Positions 1 to 7,167 are shown, counted from the first letter of the stretch. The stretch is DNA of 14,549 nt from Candidatus Muiribacteriota bacterium (GCA_051747805.1 JBNJGP010000034.1:13212-27760); one strand, 5' to 3'. Numbers and translations: made by a program. Notes: generated from the letters alone by a model not told the origin.

Positions 1-330
1 TGGTTTTTCTTTTTTAAACTGACTGATATTTTCAGGATTAACAGGTGGATATTTATCTCCCATATATTTATTTCCTTTAATAACCCCCTCCACTTCTTTA
101 TCTGGCATACATATAACATGGGAAGAAATAATAGCGGAAGAATTAACTGAGTTCTCTCCAGCCTCTACAGCAGCTTTTACAGCGGCAACATCCCCTTCAA
201 TTTTAATAATAACCTGACCAAAATTCGCCTCATAATTTATCAGTTTAACCTCTGCAGCTTTAAGACAATCGTCTAAAATTTTAAGAGCCGCAGAAAAACC
301 TACTGTTTCAATCATTCCCAGTGCTTTCAT
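1..330 (-). CDS. Bacterial microcompartment (BMC-H) shell protein with C-terminal extension; C-terminus runs off the window
   Basis: Manual translation from ATG at 330 (GAGGA upstream): MKALGMIETVGFSAALKILDDCLKAAEVKLINYEANFGQVIIKIEGDVAAVKAAVEAG...SHVICMPDKEV... This matches the PduA/EutM-type ALGMIET...KAA.V.L...GDVAAVKAAV pattern. No stop before position 1. Confidence 0.9.
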   Translation of the reverse strand, partial: MKALGMIETVGFSAALKILDDCLKAAEVKLINYEANFGQVIIKIEGDVAAVKAAVEAGENSVNSSAIISSHVICMPDKEVEGVIKGNKYMGDKYPPVNPENISQFKKEKP

Positions 331-360
331 ATATAATCCTCTATTAAAAATAATTTTAAC

Positions 361-633
361 TCAGTTTATTTTGAATTCATTGTATTTACCTGAATAATTA
401 TAATATTTTAAATCAAGTTTTTCAACTTTGGCTGAAAAGGGGCCTCGTTTTAAACTTTCAACCAGTAGTTTTAATAGATGACTCTCCCCTTCTGCTACAA
501 CTTCAACAGTTTTATCAGGTAGATTCCTTACAAAACCACTCAAACCAAGTTCTTTTGCTTTATTTAATGTAAAATACCTGTAACCAACACCCTGAACTCT
601 TCCTTTTACAATTGCTTTAAGAGATTTCTTCAT
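361..633 (-). CDS. acyP: Acylphosphatase
   Basis: 90 aa with signatures GRVQGVGYR and GFVRNLPDKTVEVVAEG; AGGAG upstream. Confidence 0.95.
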   Translation of the reverse strand: MKKSLKAIVKGRVQGVGYRYFTLNKAKELGLSGFVRNLPDKTVEVVAEGESHLLKLLVESLKRGPFSAKVEKLDLKYYNYSGKYNEFKIN

Positions 634-674
634 AATAAATACTCCTGTCTATTTTCACAAAATCTAATTCCCGT

Positions 675-702
675 TAAGAATTTTAACATAAATAGCCGAT
701 GA
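675..702 (+). promoter_or_regulatory. Putative sigma28 (FliA/SigD) promoter for flgBC
   Basis: TAAG (675-678)-N16-GCCGATGA (695-702), compared with consensus TAAA-N15/16-GCCGATAA/T; 35 nt upstream of flgB. Confidence 0.5.
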
Positions 703-737
703 GTTATATAGAAGAATAAAAAATTGAGAGGGTAATT

Positions 738-1160
738 ATGATAAGCAGATTAAATTCATCCAAAACTATAAACCTGCTGTCAAAAGGTCTAGATACTGCA
801 TCAAAGAGACATAAAACAATTTCTAATAACATTGCCAATGTTGATACTCCAGGATTTAAAACTTCTGGCGTATCATTTGAAAACTCTCTTAAAAAAGTTT
901 TAAACGATGATGGTCTCAGGGGCGAAAGAACTCATGGCGGTCATATGAGAGTAGGACTTCCTAAATATAATGAAGTTGCTCCTGAAGTTTACAAATATAA
1001 TGATACTAATTACAGAAACGATAAAAACAATGTAGATATTGATGTCGAAGTTGCAAAAATGGCTAAAAATAAAATTTATTTCGAGGCAAATACACAAAGA
1101 TTAAACGGTACTTTTCAGCTTTTAAATGATGCAATACAACGTGGAGGAGGTAGAGCTTAA
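738..1160 (+). CDS. flgB: Flagellar basal-body rod protein FlgB
   Basis: ISNNIANVDTPGFK rod motif and RNDKNNVDIDVE; directly precedes flgC. Confidence 0.95.
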   Translation: MISRLNSSKTINLLSKGLDTASKRHKTISNNIANVDTPGFKTSGVSFENSLKKVLNDDGLRGERTHGGHMRVGLPKYNEVAPEVYKYNDTNYRNDKNNVDIDVEVAKMAKNKIYFEANTQRLNGTFQLLNDAIQRGGGRA

Positions 1161-1603
1161 TGCAAGTATTCTCAGCAATTAATTCAGCATCTTCAGGATT
1201 AACAGCACAGAGACTTAGAATGGATACAATTTCAAATAATATAGCCAATGTTAACACAACAAGAACCGAAGAAGGCGGACCTTATAAAAGACAAGTACCT
1301 GTATTTACTCCAAGACAGGATAAAAAATTTAACGCTCCTTTCCCACCCCGTTCATTACAGGATAATATCGGAGAGGGTGTAAGGGTTGTGGGTATAAAAC
1401 AGGACGACTCACAGTTTAGAAAAGTTTTTGACCCGGCACATCCCGATGCAAATGATGATGGCTACGTAGAATATCCCAATGTTCAGATAGTAAAGGAAAT
1501 GGTAGATATGATTTCTGCCAACCGTTCTTATGAGGCAAATACCTCAACAATTCAGGCAGCAAAAGAAATGTCTAAGCAGGCAATTTCAATAGGAAGCAGA
1601 TAA
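1160..1603 (+). CDS. flgC: Flagellar basal-body rod protein FlgC
   Basis: SGLTAQRLRMDTISNNIANVNTTR, GGPYKR, DPAHPDA...GYVEYPNV, EMVDMISANRSYEAN; TAATG stop/start overlap with flgB. Confidence 0.97.
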   Translation: MQVFSAINSASSGLTAQRLRMDTISNNIANVNTTRTEEGGPYKRQVPVFTPRQDKKFNAPFPPRSLQDNIGEGVRVVGIKQDDSQFRKVFDPAHPDANDDGYVEYPNVQIVKEMVDMISANRSYEANTSTIQAAKEMSKQAISIGSR

Positions 1604-1633
1604 AAAAAAGCCCTGTTTAAAACAGGGCTTTTT
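1602..1633. terminator. Bidirectional intrinsic terminator between flgC and the pilin gene
   Basis: A8-GCCCTGTT-taa-AACAGGGC-T5: a GC stem with a U-tract on both strands, between convergent genes. Confidence 0.9.
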
Positions 1634-1661
1634 GAAATTTTAAAGTTTAAACTCTTATTAA

Positions 1662-2030
1662 TTAATCATCATCATCTGGTGGATGTGTAGCACTTCCGTG
1701 AATATCACAAGTAACACCATCGTCATTATCATACTTATAATTACCATTATCAGGACACTCTGGGAATTTACTACCTGATAAATATTCAGATAAAGTATCT
1801 GATTCACTACTTAAATCCTCGGAACTCTCAATCATATCTGTTCTTGTTTCCATGTTGTACATTTCCACGGCAGATTCAAGGTTTCTTGAGTTACCCCAGC
1901 AAGTTTTTTCTTTAGCTTGTTCTCTTGCACGGGCAAACCTTGGTAATGCCATACCACCAAGAATACCGATAATCGCGATAACAATCATAAGTTCAATAAG
2001 CGTAAAACCACTTCTTTTTCTGATAAACAT
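1662..2030 (-). CDS. Type IV pilin / pseudopilin-like protein with prepilin cleavage-methylation site
   Basis: KRSG|FTLIELMIVIAIIGIL class III signal peptide with E at +5. Start moved from the GTG at 2039 (inside the SD) to the ATG at 2030, which follows TAAGGAGGTG by 6 nt. Confidence 0.9.
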   Translation of the reverse strand: MFIRKRSGFTLIELMIVIAIIGILGGMALPRFARAREQAKEKTCWGNSRNLESAVEMYNMETRTDMIESSEDLSSESDTLSEYLSGSKFPECPDNGNYKYDNDDGVTCDIHGSATHPPDDDD

Positions 2031-2086
2031 AGTTTTCACCTCCTTATCTTATTATATTCCTACTTTAATTTTAACACATTTTTTAA

Positions 2087-2114
2087 ATATCGGCAATAAT
2101 TAAAAAAATATTAG
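2087..2114 (-). promoter_or_regulatory. Putative sigma28/SigD promoter for the pilin gene
   Basis: Minus strand CTAAT (2114-2110)-N15-GCCGATAT (2094-2087); Bacillus SigD consensus is CTAAA-N15-GCCGATAT. Confidence 0.6.
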
Positions 2115-2206
2115 AGCAGTTATTGTCGCCGTAAACAACAGGTAAAGCAAACAGTAACTTTATTATCATGACAAAAAATTTCTCGCTGAGATTTGATGTA
2201 ATTTAT

Positions 2207-2235
2207 TTGATTTTTTTATTAAAAAGTTTTAATAT
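2207..2235 (+). promoter_or_regulatory. Putative sigma70/SigA promoter for the STAS gene
   Basis: TTGATT (2207-2212)-N17-TAATAT (2230-2235). AT-rich background lowers specificity. Confidence 0.5.
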
Positions 2236-2264
2236 ATATTTATACTGAAAAATTTAACAAACGT

Positions 2265-2295
2265 AAAGAAGGGGCATAAAGAGCCTTTTTTCTTT
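2265..2295 (+). terminator. Terminator-like hairpin in the 5' leader of the STAS gene
   Basis: AAAGAAGGGGC-ataaaga-GCCTTTTTTCTTT, needing G-U pairs, just before the GAGGGG RBS. Confidence 0.35.
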
Positions 2296-2310
2296 AATAA
2301 CGAGGGGTTT

Positions 2311-2649
2311 ATGGAAAACAAAATTACAGTTAACCAGAAAAATGAAAGAATTTTCATTGTAAACTTCGAAGGTTTTTTTAATAATGATGATGATACAGAT
2401 AAACTTACCGAAGTATTAAATGGGATTTATGAAAAAAAACCTAAAAGAATAATTTTAAATTTCAAAAAAACACAATATATTAACAGCTCAATAATTGGTG
2501 TTATGGTGCATTTTTATAAAATTTTACCGGAAACCCATATGCAGATTTACTGTAAAAATCCATTTATAAAAGAGCTTTTTCAAATAACAAGTATTGATAA
2601 AATTTTTGATATGCTTGAAACAGAGCATGAAATTCAGCAACAGTTATAA
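2311..2649 (+). CDS. STAS domain protein (anti-sigma factor antagonist, SpoIIAA/RsbV-like)
   Basis: 112 aa; IILNFKKTQYINSSIIG resembles the D(L/F)..V.YIDSSG.G motif; ELFQITSIDKIF C-terminal motif. Confidence 0.85.
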   Translation: MENKITVNQKNERIFIVNFEGFFNNDDDTDKLTEVLNGIYEKKPKRIILNFKKTQYINSSIIGVMVHFYKILPETHMQIYCKNPFIKELFQITSIDKIFDMLETEHEIQQQL

Positions 2650-2747
2650 AAACTAATATGCTAGGTAAAACCTATGTTTCATAATCCAGCAAATCTGAAT
2701 TAACTTTTTCTACATGTTTTTATTATTAATAAAAGGGTTTCATAAAT

Positions 2748-3102
2748 TGGTGGAGGCGGCGGGATTCGAACCCGCGTCCGGGCATAACCACCCTTCAGAC
2801 CAGCTACAAGCTTAGTCAGTTATAAAATTTCGCTGCAATCTCGCCAACTGACAAGCTTGATTACAGCTATCAGCCTTTAATTTCCCATGTGCATCGGCTG
2901 CTTCTGCACAAGGTAAGCCGATTAGTCGACGGCTCACAATGGTATCGGCGTCACACTGTTCACCGTAGCCGCGTTTTTACGCAGCTAAAGCGTAATCGTT
3001 ATCTGCAATTAAGTTTAAGTTGGAGGGTTTTAACGTAGTCCACTGCCATCTACGGCTTGCTCCTAAAGTTCAACTATACCCGTCGAATCCATAAACGCCC
3101 CC
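2748..3102 (-). ncRNA. ssrA: Transfer-messenger RNA (tmRNA)
   Basis: 5' GGGGGCGTTTATGGATTCGAC and 3' GCGGGTTCGAATCCCGCCGCCTCCACCA form a 7-bp acceptor stem with the G3-U alanine identity pair and an encoded CCA; 355 nt long with an internal tag ORF. Confidence 0.97.
2977..3006 (-). other. tmRNA proteolysis tag reading frame ADNDYALAA*
   Basis: GCA GAT AAC GAT TAC GCT TTA GCT GCG TAA, preceded by TTAATT; ends in canonical YALAA. Confidence 0.92.
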
Positions 3103-3118
3103 GTTTTAATTAAAACGG
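3101..3118. repeat. Perfect 18-bp palindrome at the ssb-ssrA junction
   Basis: CCGTTTTAATTAAAACGG equals its own reverse complement; covers the last two ssb codons, the stop codon and the first 2 nt of tmRNA. Confidence 0.85.
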
Positions 3119-3544
3119 TATATCTTCATCAAAATTCATATCATCCTGTGGTAAATCATTTTTATCTTTATGAGGCGCAAAAGGTTCTTCTGTCGATTGC
3201 TGCCTGTCTGTATTATAATTATTATTATCGTTCTGGCTTTTTTTTGTATCTAAAAACTCAACATTATGCCCTGTTACTTCCCATGTGAAAATTCTTTTCC
3301 CGTCTTTTTCAAAAGAACCTGTATCAATTCTGCCACTAACCGCAACTTTTGAACCTTTATTAAGATACTGATTACAGCTTTCAGCCGCTTTAGCCCATAC
3401 TTTTACGGGAACAAAAGCAGTTCTTTTATTATCTCCCCATCCAGTATTAACAGCAACTGTGAAAGAAGTAACTGAAGTTCCATTATTGGTTGTACGCATT
3501 TCAGGGTCCTTTGTTAAATTTCCAATTAAACTAACATGATTCAT
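3110..3544 (-). CDS. ssb: Single-stranded DNA-binding protein
   Basis: MNHVSLIGNLTKDPE...FTVAVN...YLNKGSKVAVSGRI OB fold, acidic DEDIPF tail; GGAGGG RBS. Confidence 0.97.
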   Translation of the reverse strand: MNHVSLIGNLTKDPEMRTTNNGTSVTSFTVAVNTGWGDNKRTAFVPVKVWAKAAESCNQYLNKGSKVAVSGRIDTGSFEKDGKRIFTWEVTGHNVEFLDTKKSQNDNNNYNTDRQQSTEEPFAPHKDKNDLPQDDMNFDEDIPF

Positions 3545-3589
3545 ATTTCCCTCCAGTTGAGTTTTAAGATATATTTTTTCTTATCTTAT

Positions 3590-3618
3590 ATGGTACTATT
3601 TTTAATAAAGAAAAGCAA
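3590..3618 (-). promoter_or_regulatory. Putative sigma70 promoter for ssb(-ssrA)
   Basis: Minus strand TTGCTT (3618-3613)-N17-TACCAT (3595-3590). Confidence 0.45.
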
Positions 3619-3644
3619 GTGAAGTAAGCGAAAATTTTTTGTTT

Positions 3645-4856
3645 CTATATTAATTTATATGTATCTTTTGCGATTTGAAGCTCTTCATTAGTTGGTACAA
3701 CTGCAATCACAGTATGAGAATACGGCTCGGATATCACGCCAGATCCTGAGCCTATTTCTCTGTTTTTATTATAATCCATAACAATACCTATATTTTCAAG
3801 TCGATGACATACTCTTTCTCTCATTCTCCAGCCGTTTTCGCCAATTCCACCGGTAAAAACGAGAATATCAACTTTATATAAATTGGCTGAGTATGCTCCA
3901 ATATACTTACGAATAGAATAAGCATAAGTTTCAAGCGCATCTATTACTTTTTTATTACCCTTCTCTGCTTCCAGTTCAAGATCGCGCAGGTCGTTTGATA
4001 TACCGGTCAATCCAAGAAGTCCGCTTTTTTTATTAAGAATTGTGGTTATTTCTTTCATTGAATAACCTCTATCATAAAGATAAGGGATTATTGCGGGATC
4101 AATATCACCACATCTGGTTCCCATAACAAGACCAGCAAGCGGAGTAAACCCCATAGAAGTGTCAATAGATTTTCCGCCCTCCACGGCTGTTATAGAAGCT
4201 CCGTTTCCGAGATGACATGTTATTAGATTAGTAAATTTTTTAGGTCTTTTTAAAATCTTTAAAGCTTCAGATGCTACATATCTATGACTTGTACCGTGAA
4301 ACCCATATTTTCTAATTCTATGCTTTGTATAAAATTCACGGGGAAGAGCATATAAATAAGCTGAAGGTTTTAAAGTCTGATGAAAGGAGGTATCAAAAAC
4401 TCCAACATGCGGAATATCCGGGAAAAATTCCTTTAATGCCTTTATTCCTGTTAAGTTTGCCGGATTATGAAGAGGAGCCAGTTCAATATTATCCCTGATT
4501 GCATTTTCTACGTCTTCATTAATAACAACTGAATTTGAATATGTTTCCCCTCCATGAACAACACGATGACCAATTCCTGCAATTTCATTTTTTTCTTTAA
4601 TTATTTTATTCTCTTCAGACATAAGGAGTTCCATAACATTTTTAACAGCCATTTTATGGTCTTTTAAAACAGTTTCTTTTTTAATCTTTTTATCTTTATA
4701 CTCTAAGGAAATACTACCTTTTTTCTCACCAATTCTTTCCGCAACACCACCCGCAATTGATTTACCTACAGGCAGATTGAAAAGTTCATATTTTAAAGAA
4801 GAACTCCCGCAGTTGATTACAAGGATTTTTTTTGATTCTTTCTTACTTTTTCTCAT
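3645..4856 (-). CDS. ackA: Acetate kinase
   Basis: ILVINCGSSSLKY, GHRVVHGG, LAPLHNP, FDTSFHQT, RKYGFHGTSH, HLGNGAS, TSMGFTPL.G.VMGTRCGD, FTGGIGEN, PTNEE. Confidence 0.97.
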   Translation of the reverse strand: MRKSKKESKKILVINCGSSSLKYELFNLPVGKSIAGGVAERIGEKKGSISLEYKDKKIKKETVLKDHKMAVKNVMELLMSEENKIIKEKNEIAGIGHRVVHGGETYSNSVVINEDVENAIRDNIELAPLHNPANLTGIKALKEFFPDIPHVGVFDTSFHQTLKPSAYLYALPREFYTKHRIRKYGFHGTSHRYVASEALKILKRPKKFTNLITCHLGNGASITAVEGGKSIDTSMGFTPLAGLVMGTRCGDIDPAIIPYLYDRGYSMKEITTILNKKSGLLGLTGISNDLRDLELEAEKGNKKVIDALETYAYSIRKYIGAYSANLYKVDILVFTGGIGENGWRMRERVCHRLENIGIVMDYNKNREIGSGSGVISEPYSHTVIAVVPTNEELQIAKDTYKLI

Positions 4857-4887
4857 ATTATACTCCTGTTAGCTGAAGTTTTTATAA

Positions 4888-6003
4888 TTATTTTTCTATC
4901 TCAAGCTTGTTTTCAAATATAAGGGATTGTGTTGGGAAAGCAAATCCTATCCTCTCTCTATCAAATGCTTCTTTAATTTTAAGGTTAATTTCCTGTTGTA
5001 TATCCATATATATATCATAATCATTACCATCAATATAATAAACAGTTTCTATAATTAAATTAAAATCACCATATTCTTTAAAATGGCAACGTGCAAATTC
5101 GGTATTATCAATTCCCACAATAATATCCTTAACAATTCCCGGTATTTTTTTAAGCTGCTCTGCAGTAGTTTGATATAAAATTCCAAGCTCAAAAGAAATT
5201 CTCCTTTTTTCCATTTTCTTAAAATTTCTTACTCTACTACCTGTTAAATCGGAGTTTGTAAAAACTATTTCTTCCCCGCTCAGACTAGTCATCCTTGTAG
5301 TTTTAACCCCTATATAACTTATTACTCCAGCATTTTCACCTACAATAATAAAATCACCTACCTCAAAAGGCCTGTCAAAAAATATTACAATGTAGTTAAA
5401 TAAATCATTCAGAATATTCTGTGAAGCTAAAGCAATTGCCACACCACCAATACCAAGACCGGCAATTATTGTTGATATATTAAATCCTAGATTATCCAGT
5501 ATAAAAATCACGCATAAAAGAACCAGTGAAATTTTAATAAATAGAAGTATTCCGTGAAATGTGGTTTTTGTTATTTGTGTTTTATCTTTATTAAACCACT
5601 TTTCAGTTATCAGAAAATTAATTAATAAATATGTAAACTTTGTAATCTGAATCGCAACAACTACAATTATTAATGCTTCAATAATATTTTTCAAAGTTGG
5701 ACTCAACTGAAGCTGGGCAAAAACTATAAACACAGGCAAAAAATATAAAAGCGGAAGGATTTTTTCTTCTGCAAGGTCAACTATCAAAGTATCTATTTTT
5801 AAAGGAGTTTTAGAAATAATTTTTTTAATGTTTTTAAAAAGAAATATATTCAAAAATTTTAGAATTATAAGTGCTGTTATAAAAGAAAACAGAGATGCAA
5901 TATAAGCGCCTAAAGAATTTCCAAATAAATAAATATTCCAGAAATGTGAACTTGTATAATTTGCAATATTAAAAAATTCTGCCACAAATTCAATAAATTC
6001 CAT
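4888..6003 (-). CDS. Small-conductance mechanosensitive channel family protein (MscS)
   Basis: Multiple TM helices, IAGLGIGGVAIALASQNIL, DRPFEVGDFI, C-terminal IGFAFPTQ. Start reassigned to the ATG at 6003, which follows GGAGG. Confidence 0.93.
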   Translation of the reverse strand: MEFIEFVAEFFNIANYTSSHFWNIYLFGNSLGAYIASLFSFITALIILKFLNIFLFKNIKKIISKTPLKIDTLIVDLAEEKILPLLYFLPVFIVFAQLQLSPTLKNIIEALIIVVVAIQITKFTYLLINFLITEKWFNKDKTQITKTTFHGILLFIKISLVLLCVIFILDNLGFNISTIIAGLGIGGVAIALASQNILNDLFNYIVIFFDRPFEVGDFIIVGENAGVISYIGVKTTRMTSLSGEEIVFTNSDLTGSRVRNFKKMEKRRISFELGILYQTTAEQLKKIPGIVKDIIVGIDNTEFARCHFKEYGDFNLIIETVYYIDGNDYDIYMDIQQEINLKIKEAFDRERIGFAFPTQSLIFENKLEIEK

Positions 6004-6040
6004 TTTCAACCTCCGTTTTTTCATTTTATTTCAGGGCTAT

Positions 6041-6049
6041 ATTATAGCA
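6041..6049 (-). promoter_or_regulatory. Extended -10 promoter for the MscS gene (possibly continuing into ackA)
   Basis: Minus strand TGCTATAAT, a perfect TGn-TATAAT, about 38 nt upstream of the ATG at 6003. Confidence 0.55.
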
Positions 6050-6125
6050 TTTCTAATTCAAATTCAAGAAAAAGCCCGATTAATAAAAAATTAAATTGAT
6101 AATTCCTGAATGGCTCTTTAATTTG

Positions 6126-6154
6126 TTGATTTTTATTGATTTTTTTTGTAATAT
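6126..6154 (+). promoter_or_regulatory. Putative sigma70 promoter giving a leaderless transcript of the polyferredoxin gene
   Basis: TTGATT (6126-6131)-N17-TAATAT (6149-6154), then six T and the ATG at 6161; no SD present. Confidence 0.55.
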
Positions 6155-6160
6155 TTTTTT

Positions 6161-7084
6161 ATGAAAAGAATATTAGCTCAAATTTCAGCATTTTTTTTAA
6201 TTAACCCTTTTGTTAATAATTTTTTTAATGGTAAAATTTATCAGGGAAACTTAAAAAATATTTGCGTCCCAGTATTAAACTGCTGGTCCTGTCCGGGAGC
6301 GGCCACTTCATGCCCACTGGGTGCAATTCAATTTTTTATTGGAAATACTGCAAGAATTATCACCTTCTATACTCTGGGAATTTTATTTTTAACGGTTGCT
6401 TTTACTGGTAGAGCGGTTTGTGGCTGGGTATGTCCTTTTGGTTTTTTTCAGGATTTACTCTTTAAAATTAAAAGCAAAAAATTCAAAATTCCTTCCTGGA
6501 TGAAAGATTTTAAATTTTTTTTTCTAATTCTATTTGTATTAATTTTACCGTTTCTTACCCCGGCCAACGATCCCTGGTTTTCAAAAATTTGTCCTGCTGG
6601 ATATTTCTTTGCAGCTCTTCCTCTTATTGGCGGAGACCACTCATTTATAGAGAATATTTCTTATTTTTTTTATATTAAAACTCTAATTGCCCTGATTGTG
6701 CTCATTGCTTCTATCAAATTCTCCAGACCTTTCTGTCAAACTGTCTGCCCTCTTGGTGCGATTTTTGAAATTTTTAAAAAATTTTCTCTATGGCAGATTG
6801 AAGTAGATAAAAATAAATGTATTTCCTGTAATAAATGCTTTAAAAACTGCCCAATGGATATAAAAATATATGAAACAAAGTTTGATTGTATATACTGTCA
6901 GAAATGTATTGAAACCTGTCCTGGTAATGCTATAAAAAATAATTATTATAATCCGCTTAAAAAAAATAAGCTGGCGTGGTTTATATTTTCTTTCATATTT
7001 TTAATTACCGGAATTTTTCTTGCCGAACCTTCACTAATAGGAAAAGTTGGTTCCTTTATCTGTTATAGTTGTATTGGATTTTAA
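6161..7084 (+). CDS. Membrane-bound 4Fe-4S binding protein (NapH/YccM-like polyferredoxin) with C-terminal TM-CxxC extension
   Basis: CVPVLNCWSCP...SCPLG, CGWVCPFG, FCQTVCPLG, two CxxCxxCxxxCP motifs (CISCNKCFKNCP, CIYCQKCIETCP), several TM segments; ends ICYSCIGF. Confidence 0.9.
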   Translation: MKRILAQISAFFLINPFVNNFFNGKIYQGNLKNICVPVLNCWSCPGAATSCPLGAIQFFIGNTARIITFYTLGILFLTVAFTGRAVCGWVCPFGFFQDLLFKIKSKKFKIPSWMKDFKFFFLILFVLILPFLTPANDPWFSKICPAGYFFAALPLIGGDHSFIENISYFFYIKTLIALIVLIASIKFSRPFCQTVCPLGAIFEIFKKFSLWQIEVDKNKCISCNKCFKNCPMDIKIYETKFDCIYCQKCIETCPGNAIKNNYYNPLKKNKLAWFIFSFIFLITGIFLAEPSLIGKVGSFICYSCIGF

Positions 7085-7100
7085 CTTAATATAGGTGACC

Positions 7101-7167
7101 AAAAAGCTTTCAGCTTAGTAAAATCACCTAAAGGTGATAGTAAAGTTATCTAACGATAACAGTAAAG
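7101..7167. repeat. 67-bp multi-hairpin element, copy 1 (three perfect mini-hairpins joined by AGTAAA)
   Basis: AAGCT-ttc-AGCTT / AGTAAA / ATCACC-taaa-GGTGAT / AGTAAA / GTTATC-taac-GATAAC / AGTAAA; identical to 14483-14549. Confidence 0.95.

Noticed and set aside
900..1257. Minus-strand ORFs 900-1097 and 1063-1257
   Set aside because: Antisense shadows of the clearly conserved flgB/flgC, with no recognisable motifs.
1852..2103. Plus-strand 83-aa ORF
   Set aside because: Antisense to the pilin gene and its promoter; no recognisable family.
2748..2780. Stand-alone tRNA-Ala, or an integration site at the ssrA 3' end
   Set aside because: It is the T-arm and acceptor of tmRNA with no anticodon arm. 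No duplicated 3' fragment or integrase is present, so no island is inserted here.
6053..6082. CTAAT...CCCGATTA as a sigma28 promoter for the polyferredoxin gene
   Set aside because: Mismatched -10 and wrong spacing; a better sigma70 motif lies at 6126-6154.
7092..7138. ATCACCT/AGGTGAT resembling anti-SD/SD sequence, and alternative pairing of TAGGTGA (7092-7098) with TCACCTA (7124-7130)
   Set aside because: No start codon or ORF follows, hairpin 3 does not keep the SD-like bases, and the alternative arm is absent from copy 2; likely coincidence.
7101..7167. Hairpin array as a CRISPR array, attC site or dif site
   Set aside because: The constant part is only 6 nt, the variable parts are 13-16-nt palindromes, and there are no cas genes. 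There is no long imperfect attC dyad and no XerC/XerD 11-6-11 layout.
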